Shown: positions 38,540 through 50,277 of the stretch, one piece after another
Numbering within the stretch: position 1 is the first letter of the stretch
Layout of the letters: the number at the start of each line of letters is the position of its first letter
Assembly (NCBI GenBank): GCA_965153455.1
Contig: OZ234494.1
Location: forward strand, 5,580,001-5,644,000
Length of the DNA: 64,000 nucleotides
Source of the DNA: Sphagnum compactum
Taxonomy: Eukaryota
Reading direction: 5' to 3'
Notes under the pieces: generated by a model
What the model was told of the DNA's origin: nothing
The model's input: only the letters and a program-made list of their open reading frames with translations
Databases searched by the model: none
Made by a program: the position numbers and the translations under genes

Positions 38540-41500
38540 GCGGTAGACAATTTTTAGAAAGTGAAGCCCATGTTCATAATAAACCTCCTACCTCATGGGC
38601 ACCAAACATCCCATGTCCCCCAACTCATCACGTCTCATCGAACTTCGTAGTTCCCAACATCCATTCGCCTCATCATGTGCCACCACCGACCTATTTTCCA
38701 CTTCATCCCCCATACAAACCACAAATTACCCACTAGTTGCCCCTCTGATTCTAATAAATCATACACCACCTACTAGTGCCCCCTACCAGCCCTCAACCCT
38801 TCATGTGAATGTGGGGTCCCAACTTTACACTTTCCCAAACCCCCTCAGTCACGCACAACTAAAGCATTTTCCCCCTCTCACTTTATTAATCCTTATAGTT
38901 GGTCATGATCATACCCCCAACCTACCCCCATTTTTTCAACATGCTTTCAACCTCCACCTAAAGTCTTGTGCCCCACCTTTGGATGCCAATTTATTAGTCA
39001 AGGGTTAGCTCGTCATTAACATTCATGTCAGACATCTAATTCATCCAATCCAAACCCTTGTGATCATCTTAGCCCAATACCTTCCCTTACTCCCACTCCA
39101 CCTACATCAACTTCAACTTGGGTTTCAACATTGGATGTCCTTGAATCCTTTCATTTAAGCCTTTGCCATCTTCGTTTATATAACTGCATCCCCACCACTC
39201 TACAATGTGATGTACAAATGACATTTTGTTTTCCATTAAATAAGTTAATGTAAGGCCCATATAATGTGGCAGCTTGGCACTTGTTCTTCCTCTTACCCCA
39301 ATGGTGTTTCACTTTAGCCTCTTGTGGGAGGGCAACAAAGCATAGGGAAACATGGATTCGACTCAAACATTTTCTAGCATGCAACTAGGAAAGCTTGCAA
39401 GAGGAGTTTTTTTTGCGAGCCTAAGCTTTGTCGACCAGTTCAATTTCAATCCCTTTTCCCCAACATGATCCTCCAACTCACAAACGCCTGCTTCGTAATT
39501 TAACCCTTGGCCGTGCAGGGGAATACTTTCGAGCAGCTTGTGCTTTGGCACCATATTCTCCTTCACCCACGTCCTTCGACACCACCTCAACTTTCACTGC
39601 ATTACACCTTGAACCAGATGGCTACTTCTTGTTTTTCCTTGAAGACTACGAGCCAAACCAAGACCTTGAACTTTTTTCCGATTCCTTCAAATTAATGTTC
39701 CAACGCATGCAACATTTATCGGCAAGCTTTTGGGATGGTTTTTGAACACTTTCGGGACTATTTTCACCCTAAAGATTTAGCGAGTGGATTCCCTTAATTG
39801 TTCCAACTTTGTTTTCATATTGCACAAGGTCACATTCCACCCCAAATTGCACGTGTCTTTGGAGCGGCCTACCTCTTAGCCATGACCAAGCCTTAAGGTG
39901 GAGTTTATCCCATTGAAGTGGGGGAAACATTGTATCGACTCACAAACCGTGTTTCATGTCTTCAATTACATGAAGCTTTTGCAACACATATTTCCCCACA
40001 CCAATTTGGAGTTGCAACTAATGGTGGTTGTGAAACAGTAATCCACAGCATCAAGTGCACCCTGGACCTTCACCCCGATTAGGTTGTTCTTCAACTGGAC
40101 GTGACAAACGCCTTTAATTCAGTGTCAAAAAGGGTCATATTTCAAGAACTTTGTGTAGCAGGCGGGGACATCATACAACTCATCCCCTTTGTTCGTGCAT
40201 TTTATGCATTCGAATCTCCTTTGTTTTATAGTCATCGTAATCGTGAAGGTGATGTCACAATCATCCCATCTACCATGGGGACTCATCAAGGTGATCCTTT
40301 GGGGGGGCCTTATTCACTTTAGCCCATTTTAGGGCTTTACATTTTATAACTAGTCATTTCCCCTCTTGTCTATTTCCATCCATTGCAGATGACATTCACA
40401 TCATAGGTCCCCCTTCAATTGTATTATCTACCTATGAACATTTCCAGACCAAATTTGTGCGATAGGTCTTTCTATCCAACTTTAGAAATGCGTTGCATGC
40501 TCACCCTCTTCCTTGCCACCAAACTTCAACACCCCATCCTAATTTACCACCCCATCCAAAGGAATTAAAGTCTTGGGGGTTCCGTTGGGCACCTTAATTT
40601 TCACATCATCTTTCATCAAAGATGCCCTGCAAGAAGATGTTTAACACGTGGACCTTCTCCTTAAAATGGGTGATGTTTTGGTGGCCTTTGGAATTATAAC
40701 TTGTTGTTTCGTGCAACACCCATCATATCTTTTACGATTCACACCTTCGTCTTCCACTTTCATAAAGTCCTTATTTCTTTTGACTCTTCCCTCGATAAAG
40801 TGTTTGGATGCCTTTTGGGTCTAGGATCCTTCGATAACCCATAAGGACCTTCAACTCGTAAACAAGCCTCCCTCCTAATAACTTTCGGTGGCGTTGGATT
40901 CATATTGACATCCACCATCGCCCCAATAACCAATTTAGGGAGTTGGGCCCTTGTCGTTTCAGTCATAATTGGTAGGTTTATGGTTGATTAACGTCCCTTC
41001 CTTCTTGAAGCCTTAGCACGAGTTGACAATAACACATTTCCTTTCCAACAACACCTTAAGGTAACAAGTGATTTTCTACCACCCCTAGCCTGTGTGTGTT
41101 TTCTTCCATTTGAATAACTCATCAGACAACAAATGGTTCAAATTTAAAATTCCATTTCGGAGCATCTACACCATCATACCCTTTCTAGCATGTTATTTGA
41201 CGAAACATCTGAAACCCATTATGTCTGAATTTTATCATGTTCTGGCCCAGGGGCAAACGTTTGGCTTACAACTTGACCAATCTTCTTAGCCTTTCAATTA
41301 TCTTCCCCAGTTTTTTGCACAACACTCCGTACATGACTTGGATTACCCCATCCTTCAATTGCAGGCATCCCTGGATGTGTGTGGACACATCCTATTGACC
41401 CTATGGGTATCCACCTCTTACATTGTGTTCATGGCAACGAACGTACTGGAACCCATGATGCAATACACGACACCTTTGCCGCCATTGCGTGAGATGCTAG

Positions 41501-42030
41501 TTTCATGTGGGATGAGAACAATTACATGCGTTTCCTTCAACCACATTCAATTTCTCTCGTTGACAAATCAACATTGTGTTTACCAAAAATGACATTCACA
41601 CTTTAACTGATGTTGTCGTTACCGACCCAATGGGAGCGAATTTACTTCCTTGATCTTCCGTAATTCAAGGATTTGCTACTTCCGATGCAGCTCAAGCCAA
41701 GGAAAGGAGCTATCGCAATTGACACCCCATTGATCAATTCCTCTCCTTAGCAATTGAGGTATTTGGTTGTTTACACAAACATGCCGATGTGTTTTTACAC
41801 AACTATGTCAATGCCATTTGGAGCTTGAAGGGGACAAAAGGCCCTCATCTTTCTACCTTGGTCATTTTTCTTCATCAAAAAGTTTCAATCATATTACAAA
41901 GGATGCAAATGTCTTCCATCTTAAATCGGGCGATAGCTGTAGGCTTAGTTACTTCTCGACTTCCACCCCTTCAAGACACACCTCCCATCACCACAACCAA
42001 TCTATTGCAAGCCGTCGATATGGCCGACAT
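38540..42030 (+). mobile_element. Decayed non-LTR retrotransposon with CRE-clade-type RT and C-terminal CCHC plus restriction-like endonuclease (RLE)
   Basis: RT motifs: AMTKP*GGVYPIEVGETLYRLT (~39880-39945), PHQFGVATNGGCETVIH, QLDVTNAFNSVS, GTHQGDPLGG, PSIADDIHIIGP (~40376-40411), GIKVLGVPLG, GGVGF. C-terminus: RLGLP..CVWTHPIDPMGIHLLHC..THD, INIVFTK...DVVVTDP, AAQAKERSY, FLSLAIEVFG. No LTRs and no APE domain seen. The 5' boundary is approximate. Confidence 0.88.
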
Positions 42031-42413
42031 TCCATGGCATGCCACAAAAAATATATGATGACATATTCCAATATATTCCAAACTAGAGAGTGGGCTGTAG
42101 ATGGTGGATTCTGCCATGTAAATGTGCACTAGACAAGCCTGGGGTGTGCACACCTGACAGAATCTGCGGTCTACAGCCTGCTCTTTGGCGGTAAAGCCCG
42201 GTAACACCATTGGAAAGCTGGAGACAAAATTGCCAAGCTTAGCTGATTCTGCGCAATAAAGAGTCTGAAAAAGGGCTGAATCAGCAAGCCCTGATTTCAA
42301 TACTGGAGGCAGTAGTTGAAGTGGACGTGGTCGAAGTGGGCATGCCACTTGCCGATCCACAATGTTGCCATGTGCAAAAACAGACACGTCCTGTGTTCCA
42401 CAAACAGTGCATG
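42023..42413 (+). promoter_or_regulatory. Stress/ABA cis-elements upstream of the dehydrin: DRE/CRT core GCCGAC (42023), ACGTGG (42325), ABRE ACGTGTC on minus strand (42383-42389), RY TGCATG (42408)
   Basis: The motifs are read directly and lie 320-710 bp upstream of the ATG at 42735. Confidence 0.55.
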
Positions 42414-42734
42414 GTGGAGACTGACCGTGGCAGTTGCTGGATGGACACACCCATCGTCATCATCATCATCTTCTTCTTCTTCTTCTTCTTTCAGACTCAA
42501 TTCCTGAAACCCATCTTCATGTTATCAGTTGGAATTCTACTCCTGCTCCTTGTTTAGCAAGCAAAACAATTTTCTCTTTAAATCTTGACTTCATTTGTGA
42601 GCACTGTGGGTTGTTCCAGTCATTTTCTTTTTTGTTTTTGTAGTTTGTTTGATTTGTGTAAGATTTGGTTCAGCAAAGATTGAAGAAGAGAAGAGAAAAG
42701 AGAAGAGGAGGAGGAGTAGTAGTAGTAGTCTAGC

Positions 42735-43811
42735 ATGGATCAGCAGCAGCAGCAGCAGCAATATAGTAGGGAGCAAGGAGAGGATGAGCCTGAGCTTGTC
42801 CATATTCCCAGGTACCAGGGACAGTCGGGAGGAGCAGTGCCTGAGGGCAGAGATGGTCGTGGACCTGCCCAAGAATCTCGTTATGGTGCTACTGCACTCG
42901 GCTCTGACGTGATTTCTACTTCTGGATTCGATGCAAACGGTGGCGGTTCCGAACTGAAGCGGCAGAAATCTCAGGAGAATGGGTATGATCCCGTCTGGAA
43001 TCCGGATGCGGCGGCGCCCGAAACTGCAGCAAGCCAGAAGAAGAATGCAACTTCTGCAAATGTCGGTCTTCAGATTCCTGCGAATATCGATGTAGGAGCA
43101 GTCAGCAAGTCTGATCTTCCAGCTCCCACGCAAACTACCGCAGCTGGCAATTCCAACTCTGCAGAAGCTCAAAAAGAAGAAGATGTGACTGAGCTTGGCG
43201 CTGGCACAGATGGATCTCTATGGCAGACTGGTGGAGATGCATCCGGCAAGCCACAAGAATCTGCAGCAAGTCACGGAAATCAGAATTTAGCGGTTTCAAC
43301 TGAGACCCATCAACGTATTCCTTCTCCTACTGAAGTAGGATTTGGTGGCGGCTATGGTGCACCCAATGATGTCAACGATCTGCAATTCTCTGGTAGCGGA
43401 TTAGATGAAGCTGGTGGCGAAGAAACTGGGACAGATTATGACGCGACAAGAGCTGCAGGAGGCGATGGATACCAACAACCTAAGGTCGGAGCTGATACAT
43501 ACAAGCAAGAAGAAAGCAAGCCAGAAGCTGATCACCCGGCTGTAGAAGATCGTGAAGAACAGCAGCAGCAGCAGGCACATAAGAAAGAGGGCATGATGGC
43601 GAGGATGATGGAGAAACTGCCAGGACATCTGCACCACCATCGCCACAACGACAACAAAACTGCTATAGATCCTGCTGCTGCTAGTGATGACAACGGCAGC
43701 GAGACTACTGATTCCGAACAGAAGAAGCAGCAGGGAGCTGGAGCCTTCACGAAACTGAAGGAGAAGCTCAAACCTGGCAACGACAACAACAACAACAACC
43801 AGAGTGAGTAG
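42735..43811 (+). CDS. Dehydrin (group 2 LEA), 358 aa, long acidic disordered N-terminus with C-terminal K-segments
   Basis: K-segment KKEGMMARMMEKLPGH followed by a His-rich run; second degenerate K-segment GAFTKLKEKLKPG; highly hydrophilic, no Cys; intronless. Confidence 0.88.
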   Translation: MDQQQQQQQYSREQGEDEPELVHIPRYQGQSGGAVPEGRDGRGPAQESRYGATALGSDVISTSGFDANGGGSELKRQKSQENGYDPVWNPDAAAPETAASQKKNATSANVGLQIPANIDVGAVSKSDLPAPTQTTAAGNSNSAEAQKEEDVTELGAGTDGSLWQTGGDASGKPQESAASHGNQNLAVSTETHQRIPSPTEVGFGGGYGAPNDVNDLQFSGSGLDEAGGEETGTDYDATRAAGGDGYQQPKVGADTYKQEESKPEADHPAVEDREEQQQQQAHKKEGMMARMMEKLPGHLHHHRHNDNKTAIDPAAASDDNGSETTDSEQKKQQGAGAFTKLKEKLKPGNDNNNNNQSE

Positions 43812-43858
43812 AAGTAGTACGCTTGCATCAAGCATGGGTTTTGATCGAGTGCCAAGAG

Positions 43859-44122
43859 ACTTCTTCTTCTTCTTCTTCTTCACAATTTTTGCTTCTGATG
43901 AAATCAGAATTTGAACCAGCTTGTATAGCAGTTGTTGCTGGAATCTTGTGAGCTTCTTTCTTCATCGTCATCATCATCATCATCATCATGATTTTCTTGC
44001 AGCTGAAATTAGGACTTGATCCTTGTTTAGTAATTGTTGCTGAATCTTTTATCTTCTTTCTTCTTCTTCTTCTTCTTCATGATTTTTCCTTCTGTTGAAA
44101 TTACAACTTGAACTTTGTTTCT
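43859..44122 (+). repeat. About three degenerate ~105 bp units containing (CTT)n/(CAT)n runs after the dehydrin stop
   Basis: (ctt/cat)n-atttt..tgaaat.ag.a.ttga....ttgt starts at ~43860, ~43955 and ~44055. Confidence 0.7.
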
Positions 44123-44899
44123 TTGACACACCCCTTGGACCTAGAATTGAAACAGGGGAATGGGTACTTGTTCAGCTGATTTGCAGAAGATAAGAAGTGA
44201 AGGATCTGATATCTAAAGCTGTACACAAGCATCTCACACGTTAGGAGGGAAACCTAAGAAAATCCGAGAAAAAGTTAAGGATCTGGATTTCTACAGAAAT
44301 AGAGAGAACGTAGGACCTGCTGATGTAAACGCTGTAGACAAACATCTCAAACAACAGATGGAAACCTCGGAATTTTGCAGAAACAGAGAAAAAATTTCAC
44401 AACTGCTGAATTAGTATCAAATTTTGAAGAAACAAAAAATGATAAGTCACTACAATTTTTGCATTTGCCATGATGTGGGGATACATGAACCCACAAACCC
44501 TATCCTTGTAACCCTCCAGAAAATAAAGTCTGGAGAAATTGTGTTCTCAACTTCCAGACATTGTCTTGCAATTCAACCAGCTGCCAAAAAAACAAAAAAT
44601 TGTGAATTCTTCTGCTGCAGGTGAAAGACATCTGTCTCCCGGCTGACATACAACCTACCTCCAAACAAACTTCCAAACAAACTTGCACATCTGCAGTTTG
44701 CAACCAGCAACAAAAGAATTGCAATTTCTGCAGCAAGTGAAAAACAACATCCCTTTGTTTTAGTTTGTGAGAAACACTCTTGAGGACAAGATGGACCTCA
44801 GAATTTTCTGAGCCACATTAGAATGTGACAAAACGATAACGCAGAGATTTGGCTCAAGTCACACTTAGGAGTTCCCTGAAGAATGAGAAAGATGGTATA

Positions 44900-46060
44900 A
44901 CTCTTTAGATCCTGTGTGGCTGCATTGGAACAGCAAATTGTCTCGAAATTTCATTGATTTAACAAAAATTGATAAAACCATTTGCTTCTGTATTCACCCC
45001 CATTATCAGACCTTAACGCTTTAATCAATTTATCCAATCTTTGTTAGTGCTACCTAATTTTTAGAGGGTCAGTGTCTAGTTTACAAAGTAGCAATATGTT
45101 GATTAGAAGCATTGCTTAAAATGCATTGTTGATTTTTAATTAAGATTTCTCCTCTGGCCTGATCAAGCTACTTTGCAAAAAATAAGTTTTTCTTAAGTCC
45201 TAGCACATATAGGACATTGGGAATCTTCCTAATTTGTCCATTTTCTAGTTTTATTAACACTTCTATGAATGATATTCTCTCTTAAAATTTCCACTTGTCC
45301 ATTGTCATTGTTAGTATATGTTACAAACAAAGAAATATCATAGGACATGTGATGGGTAGCACCACTATTAGTATACCAAGTGTCTTCATGGTCCTCATTG
45401 ACAACAGGGGCTGCAACATATAGTTTCTTACTAAATGTCATTGTGTTCAATTGTCGTTTAAACCCTGCTTCTGCAACAATACGGGCATGACTATCCTTAA
45501 TAATGTGACCAGTCTTTTTGCAATAAAAACATGTGAGGGGTTTCTTGGTGGGTCCATATTTCAAATTTGTCATCTGTTTCTGCTTATTGAAAGGCGCATA
45601 TTTTCCCTCTTTATGCCTAGGATTATATGGTTTCTTTCCTACATAAAAAGTTGGAAGAAAATCTTATGCAAAATTTTAACTTAGCATCATAATTTCTTCT
45701 TGCAATAGGTCTATTATTAGTGCTTGTATGGTCAAATTTGGTTGTTGTCTCAAAGAACTAATAAAATTTCTATAACTCATTAGCATGCTTCTTAACAATG
45801 AAAACATCGCCTCATCATCAAAAATTGGTTCTCTTGCTAATAAAATTTCAAGTAATGATCTAAACTTATGAATGTGTCAAGTCATATTTTCACCTCCCTT
45901 CATATTCAATGTTGGAAGTTTATCTTAAATACATCTTGGTTATTGCATCTTTGGATTCAAAGATGTTTGTTGATTCTACCCATGCTTTTTTTGAAGTAAT
46001 TTTAGATTGAACATGTGAATTCTAGAAGGTTTACACATTAAATTAGCTACACCTTTACTT
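44900..46060 (-). mobile_element. Ty1/copia remnant: gag, zinc knuckle, protease and an integrase fragment
   Basis: CFYCKKTGHIIKD knuckle; WYTNSGATHHMS protease; IKALRSDNGGEY integrase motif at ~45030-44990. Confidence 0.85.
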
Positions 46061-46149
46061 TGTAAACTAAAGAAGTGGATTGTGTCAATCATCATGTGCA
46101 TGGTACTAGCAGTTGCATAGTTATTTACTCAAATATAATTTTTAATGTA

Positions 46150-47165
46150 CAAAAGTTAATTCAAATGTCTAATTCAAGTTTTTTGATTCCAACCAATTTT
46201 TAATATTTGCAGTTTATGTTGATGACTACATTGTCATTAATAATAAGTTGTTGCTTAATTAAAACTTAAAATCCATTCAAAAGGAATTTGAAATGCCTAA
46301 TGAAAGGGAAATTAAGTATCTATTAGGTATGCAAATTCTATGCAATCAATCTAAAGGATGGTTGTTTGTGTCTCAAGAAAAATTCTTCACAAATGTATTA
46401 CATCAATTCAACATGATCAACTACCATCCTATTAACACTCCTCTCAAAGGTTGACTTGAAATTATCACACAAGAATTGTCCTAACACTCTTAAAGACAAA
46501 ATGCAAATGAATGAAGTTCCTTATTCTCAACTTGTCAAAAGTTTGATGCATGCAATTGTTTATATCAAACCTAATTATGCATTCACTGTAGGAAGTTTGG
46601 CACTATATTTGGTTAATCCTAGTAATGTGCATTGACAAGTTGCCAATGCAAGTTGCCAAACGCACTCTAAAATACTTCAAAAGCATTACCTCTCTTGGGA
46701 TTAAATACTAACAATCTACTACTAATGATTGGGTTGGGGACAAAGACATTTGTTGTTCCACTTTTGGTTATTGTTTTTTTCTTGTTAAAGCTATTGTTTC
46801 ATGGGGGAGCAAGAAACAAATTTCTATGGTTCTTTCTAATATTGATTCAGAATATATGGCCTTAAGTAAAACAACTACTGAAATTGTTTGGTTGCAAAAG
46901 TTATTAGTTATTACAAGATCTTAATTTTCACCAACTTAACCCTACTATCATCTATGCTAACAATCAAAGTGCCATGGCTCTAACTCAAAGTCCCAAATAT
47001 CATTCCAGATCAAAACATAAATTTGATGCTTAATATCATTTTACTCATGAACAACTTCAAGCAAAACAAATCAGCCTTCAATATGAGACTACATTCAATA
47101 TGGCAACTGATATTTTTACTAAAAGTTTATCCACCATTACATATGATCATTGTATGACCTAGCTC
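46150..47165 (+). mobile_element. Ty1/copia remnant: RT C-terminus and RNase H
   Basis: AVYVDD (YVDD at 46215), YLLGMQI, VPYSQLV, VSWGSKKQ..LS...SEYMAL, NNQSAMAL...YHSRSKH, ATDIFTKSL. Confidence 0.88.
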
Positions 47166-49848
47166 AACATGTCTGTGCAACTTGTTGCACCAACACTTTC
47201 CTCAATTACATTTATCCCTTCCAACAACATATGGTTGAAGTGGGAACCTATTCTCCACTTTCTAATCTTATTCTAGCATCATCAAGCTGGCTAAAATAGT
47301 CTAGAAATACTTGCAAGTTTCACCCATGAGAACAACGTGGTGGTCTTTGGTGTAATGGAATAACTCTACCTTTCATTCTCTTTCATGTCCTTGACCTCCT
47401 ATGCCTCACTTTCCATCACCAATTCTTGATTTACAACATTTGACTGCTCACCTTGCTTCTTATCACCTTTCTTGCGATCCACTCCAAAAGGGGAAATACC
47501 CTAAATATTTCAAGTTCCTTCACAAGAGCAACACAAGCTTTCAAGTACGTTTCAAGACTCTAAGTTTCAAAGAGAATTTTCACACAACTACAGGTCCCAA
47601 GATCATGATCAATGCTAGAGATGGAAATCCCTATGTGAAAAAAATACATTATACAAAGAAAACCAACATAAACATCAATTTGTAGAAAACCACAAAAGAA
47701 ATACAAGTCAAAACCCCTACTTTGCTGCTCAATCAAGGGGATGGAACAAAGTTCATTGCAGTCAAAACCATTTTCAAAAGATGAGACATTATCTAAAAAG
47801 TTTTACACCAAGAAAGTATATGCTTCTAGAACAAGAATGCAAATTCTATAGACAAAACAGTAGAAACCTTAAGAAAAAAAACACAACTTCAATGAATGAA
47901 CAATGATTCATTGATGAACTGTTTTCTAAAAATTAGGATGATAAACAATTTTAGAATATTGATACCCTTTGGGAATGTTAAAAGTATATTATTAAATGTA
48001 TCAATGTTTAATGGTATTGTATTATGGACATATACAATAACTAACTTGTGCCATAGGACATTTTTTTTACCATGTTTGTAAGAATTTTAAAAGCATGTAT
48101 AACTTGTTGTTTGTTTTTTCAATAAATTGTTTAATTCTTCTTCCTCTCTAGACTTATGAGTTAGGCAAATCCAACACACATAACTTTATGGAGCAAAGCT
48201 TTCCATTTGTTTGCAAAACAACTCCAAGAAAATGTTCATAGTTCACATGACTTTTACAGAATGAGTGTAAAGGAAATTTCTTCAACTAGTGAATAGTTAA
48301 TATGTGTAGCACATTGTGAGGAATTCTTACACACCTTCCACATGAAGATATGCACTCACAAAACTCACTTGGGGGTGGAACTACTATGTAGTTGTATTCT
48401 AACAAGTTAAGGTGGTTCAATGTAATGTAATGAAGTTCACTAATAATCTAATGCGTTGTGTCCACTTGGAAGATACCAAAACATTGTGGGAGAATCAAAC
48501 TCACCATGATGGAATGTGAAAGAACATTATGTTGATGTTAAATCCATGTTCACGCTCGATGGTTGACTCTTTTTCGTTCTACTCGTCATAATATTTTCAT
48601 ACAACCTCCTAGTCTAACATGCATTGGATTTTCGAAAAGCTAATCTTAAAAGGAGCAATGTTACAAAATATTATAAGGTTTTTATTTCTGAAATCAAGAG
48701 TTATGCCTCGAAACAAAAAAAACTATTTTGACCAAATTTGAGAAAAAAAACAGACAGTTTCAACCCCCTCTACTTCCGGCAAATGTAACTTTCGTGCATC
48801 AAACCCGATGATGCTGAAATTTTGGGAGAACATTTTACACCTCCTAAACTGAAAATGTTTAAAATTTGAGACAAATCCAAGGGTGGATTTGAGAGGAACA
48901 ACTATTTTAAGTAAGAATCCAGAGGCTAACCCCATTACAACTACTTACTACACACAACTTCCTTCCATGCTCTTTGTTTGCACACATTTTTTTTCATGAA
49001 CAACATTTTCTCACACATAAGAACTAATTTTTTTTCTCACACACTCATTCTCCTCCTTTTTCCCCCGAAAAAAAACACACAAGATACCACTCCTCTTGGT
49101 AAGCCTCTCATGACCCCTCCTTGAGCTTGTTCTCCTTATGCAATGGAAGTTTGGAAATCCTTCCCTCTAATCAATGGCCTCGTCATCTTTCATGAACCAA
49201 TGAGAATCGAGAATGATTTTTCTCTCCTATGGAATTTAGGATGAGAATCTTTATGCCCAATGAAACATTAAAAAGGTTTTATTCTCCAATTAAATAGGAT
49301 GATAATCCTCATGACCAATGAAATTGGAGGACTCATTCTTTTCCTTATCTTGGACATCTTGATGGGGTTTTTGAGCTTAATCATTGTCAATTTTGTCTGT
49401 TTGATTTAACATCCTATTTCTTCATCCTAACTATTCTTAATAACTAACTATTGGGATAATTTACCGATAATAATAAGTAACCATCCTTGAGTTCCCATTT
49501 GATTAAATCAACTCAACGGTAGTAATAACCTTTATGTGCACCATTTACTCTTTTAATATTCCCTGGTTATTCCTTACCGTGTACTAAATAATTATGTAGT
49601 ACATAGTAAAATAGAATTAAATTTGGAATTACAAGGATTCCCATGTACTTCTAGATCCATCGTCGATATTAGGGCTTCATGAATTCGTTGGAACTAAGAT
49701 GTCCGGGTTTTCACGAAGTTCCGCCATCATTGCCATGCCTTACGCCTACCCTAATTTTTTGAGTAAAAAAAATGACCCCCTTCGAATGCAAGCGCCAAAT
49801 TGTTTCAGCTACCCTTCGGTTTTTGTTGATGCAGGTGAAAATTTAATC

Positions 49849-50277
49849 ATGGCAGATGATGTTGCTACACCTTCGAATCCTCCAGTTGCACCAGTATAAA
49901 AGGAAGAGCTTGAAGAAGCACACTTGACGAAACATTGCTTGACGTGAATGTCTTTCAACGGTTGCGCGAAGAAGAACTGTCCAAAAGAGTGGTGCGCACT
50001 CGAGTCGATCATTCAGCATGGGATCGTCGATTGTCTCCTAACCCACATGCCTTAGCAATCTATTTAGAATTTGTTCCTGCTCGTGGAACTGCGCCATAAA
50101 GCTTTAAAGAATGTCAATGTGAAGACGACGATGTTCGTCTTCATTATCGAACTTGGGTTTTCGGTGATGGCCATTATCATTGGTTACGAGGCCCAATCAA
50201 CCCCCTTTCCATGGAGCATCAAGCCGAATACCTAGTTCGCACCATTCGTTGCATTCTGGATTTTTTACAATTGTGAT
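49849..50277 (+). pseudogene. Decayed ORF of unknown product (GC-richer island in AT-rich, TE-like DNA)
   Basis: An acceptor-like gatgcag is followed by ATG. Plausible peptide segments MADDVATPSNPPVAPV*KEELEEA / LDETLLDVNVFQRLREEELSKRVVRTRVDHSAWDRR / ECQCEDDDVRLHYRTWVFGDGHYHWLRGP...LDFLQL* require stops and frameshifts to join. Confidence 0.35.

Noticed and set aside
42591-43883. Minus-strand ORFs overlapping the dehydrin (193, 160 and 107 aa)
   Set aside because: They are antisense shadows of a low-complexity coding sequence (poly-Leu/Val/Cys from CAG/AAC repeats).
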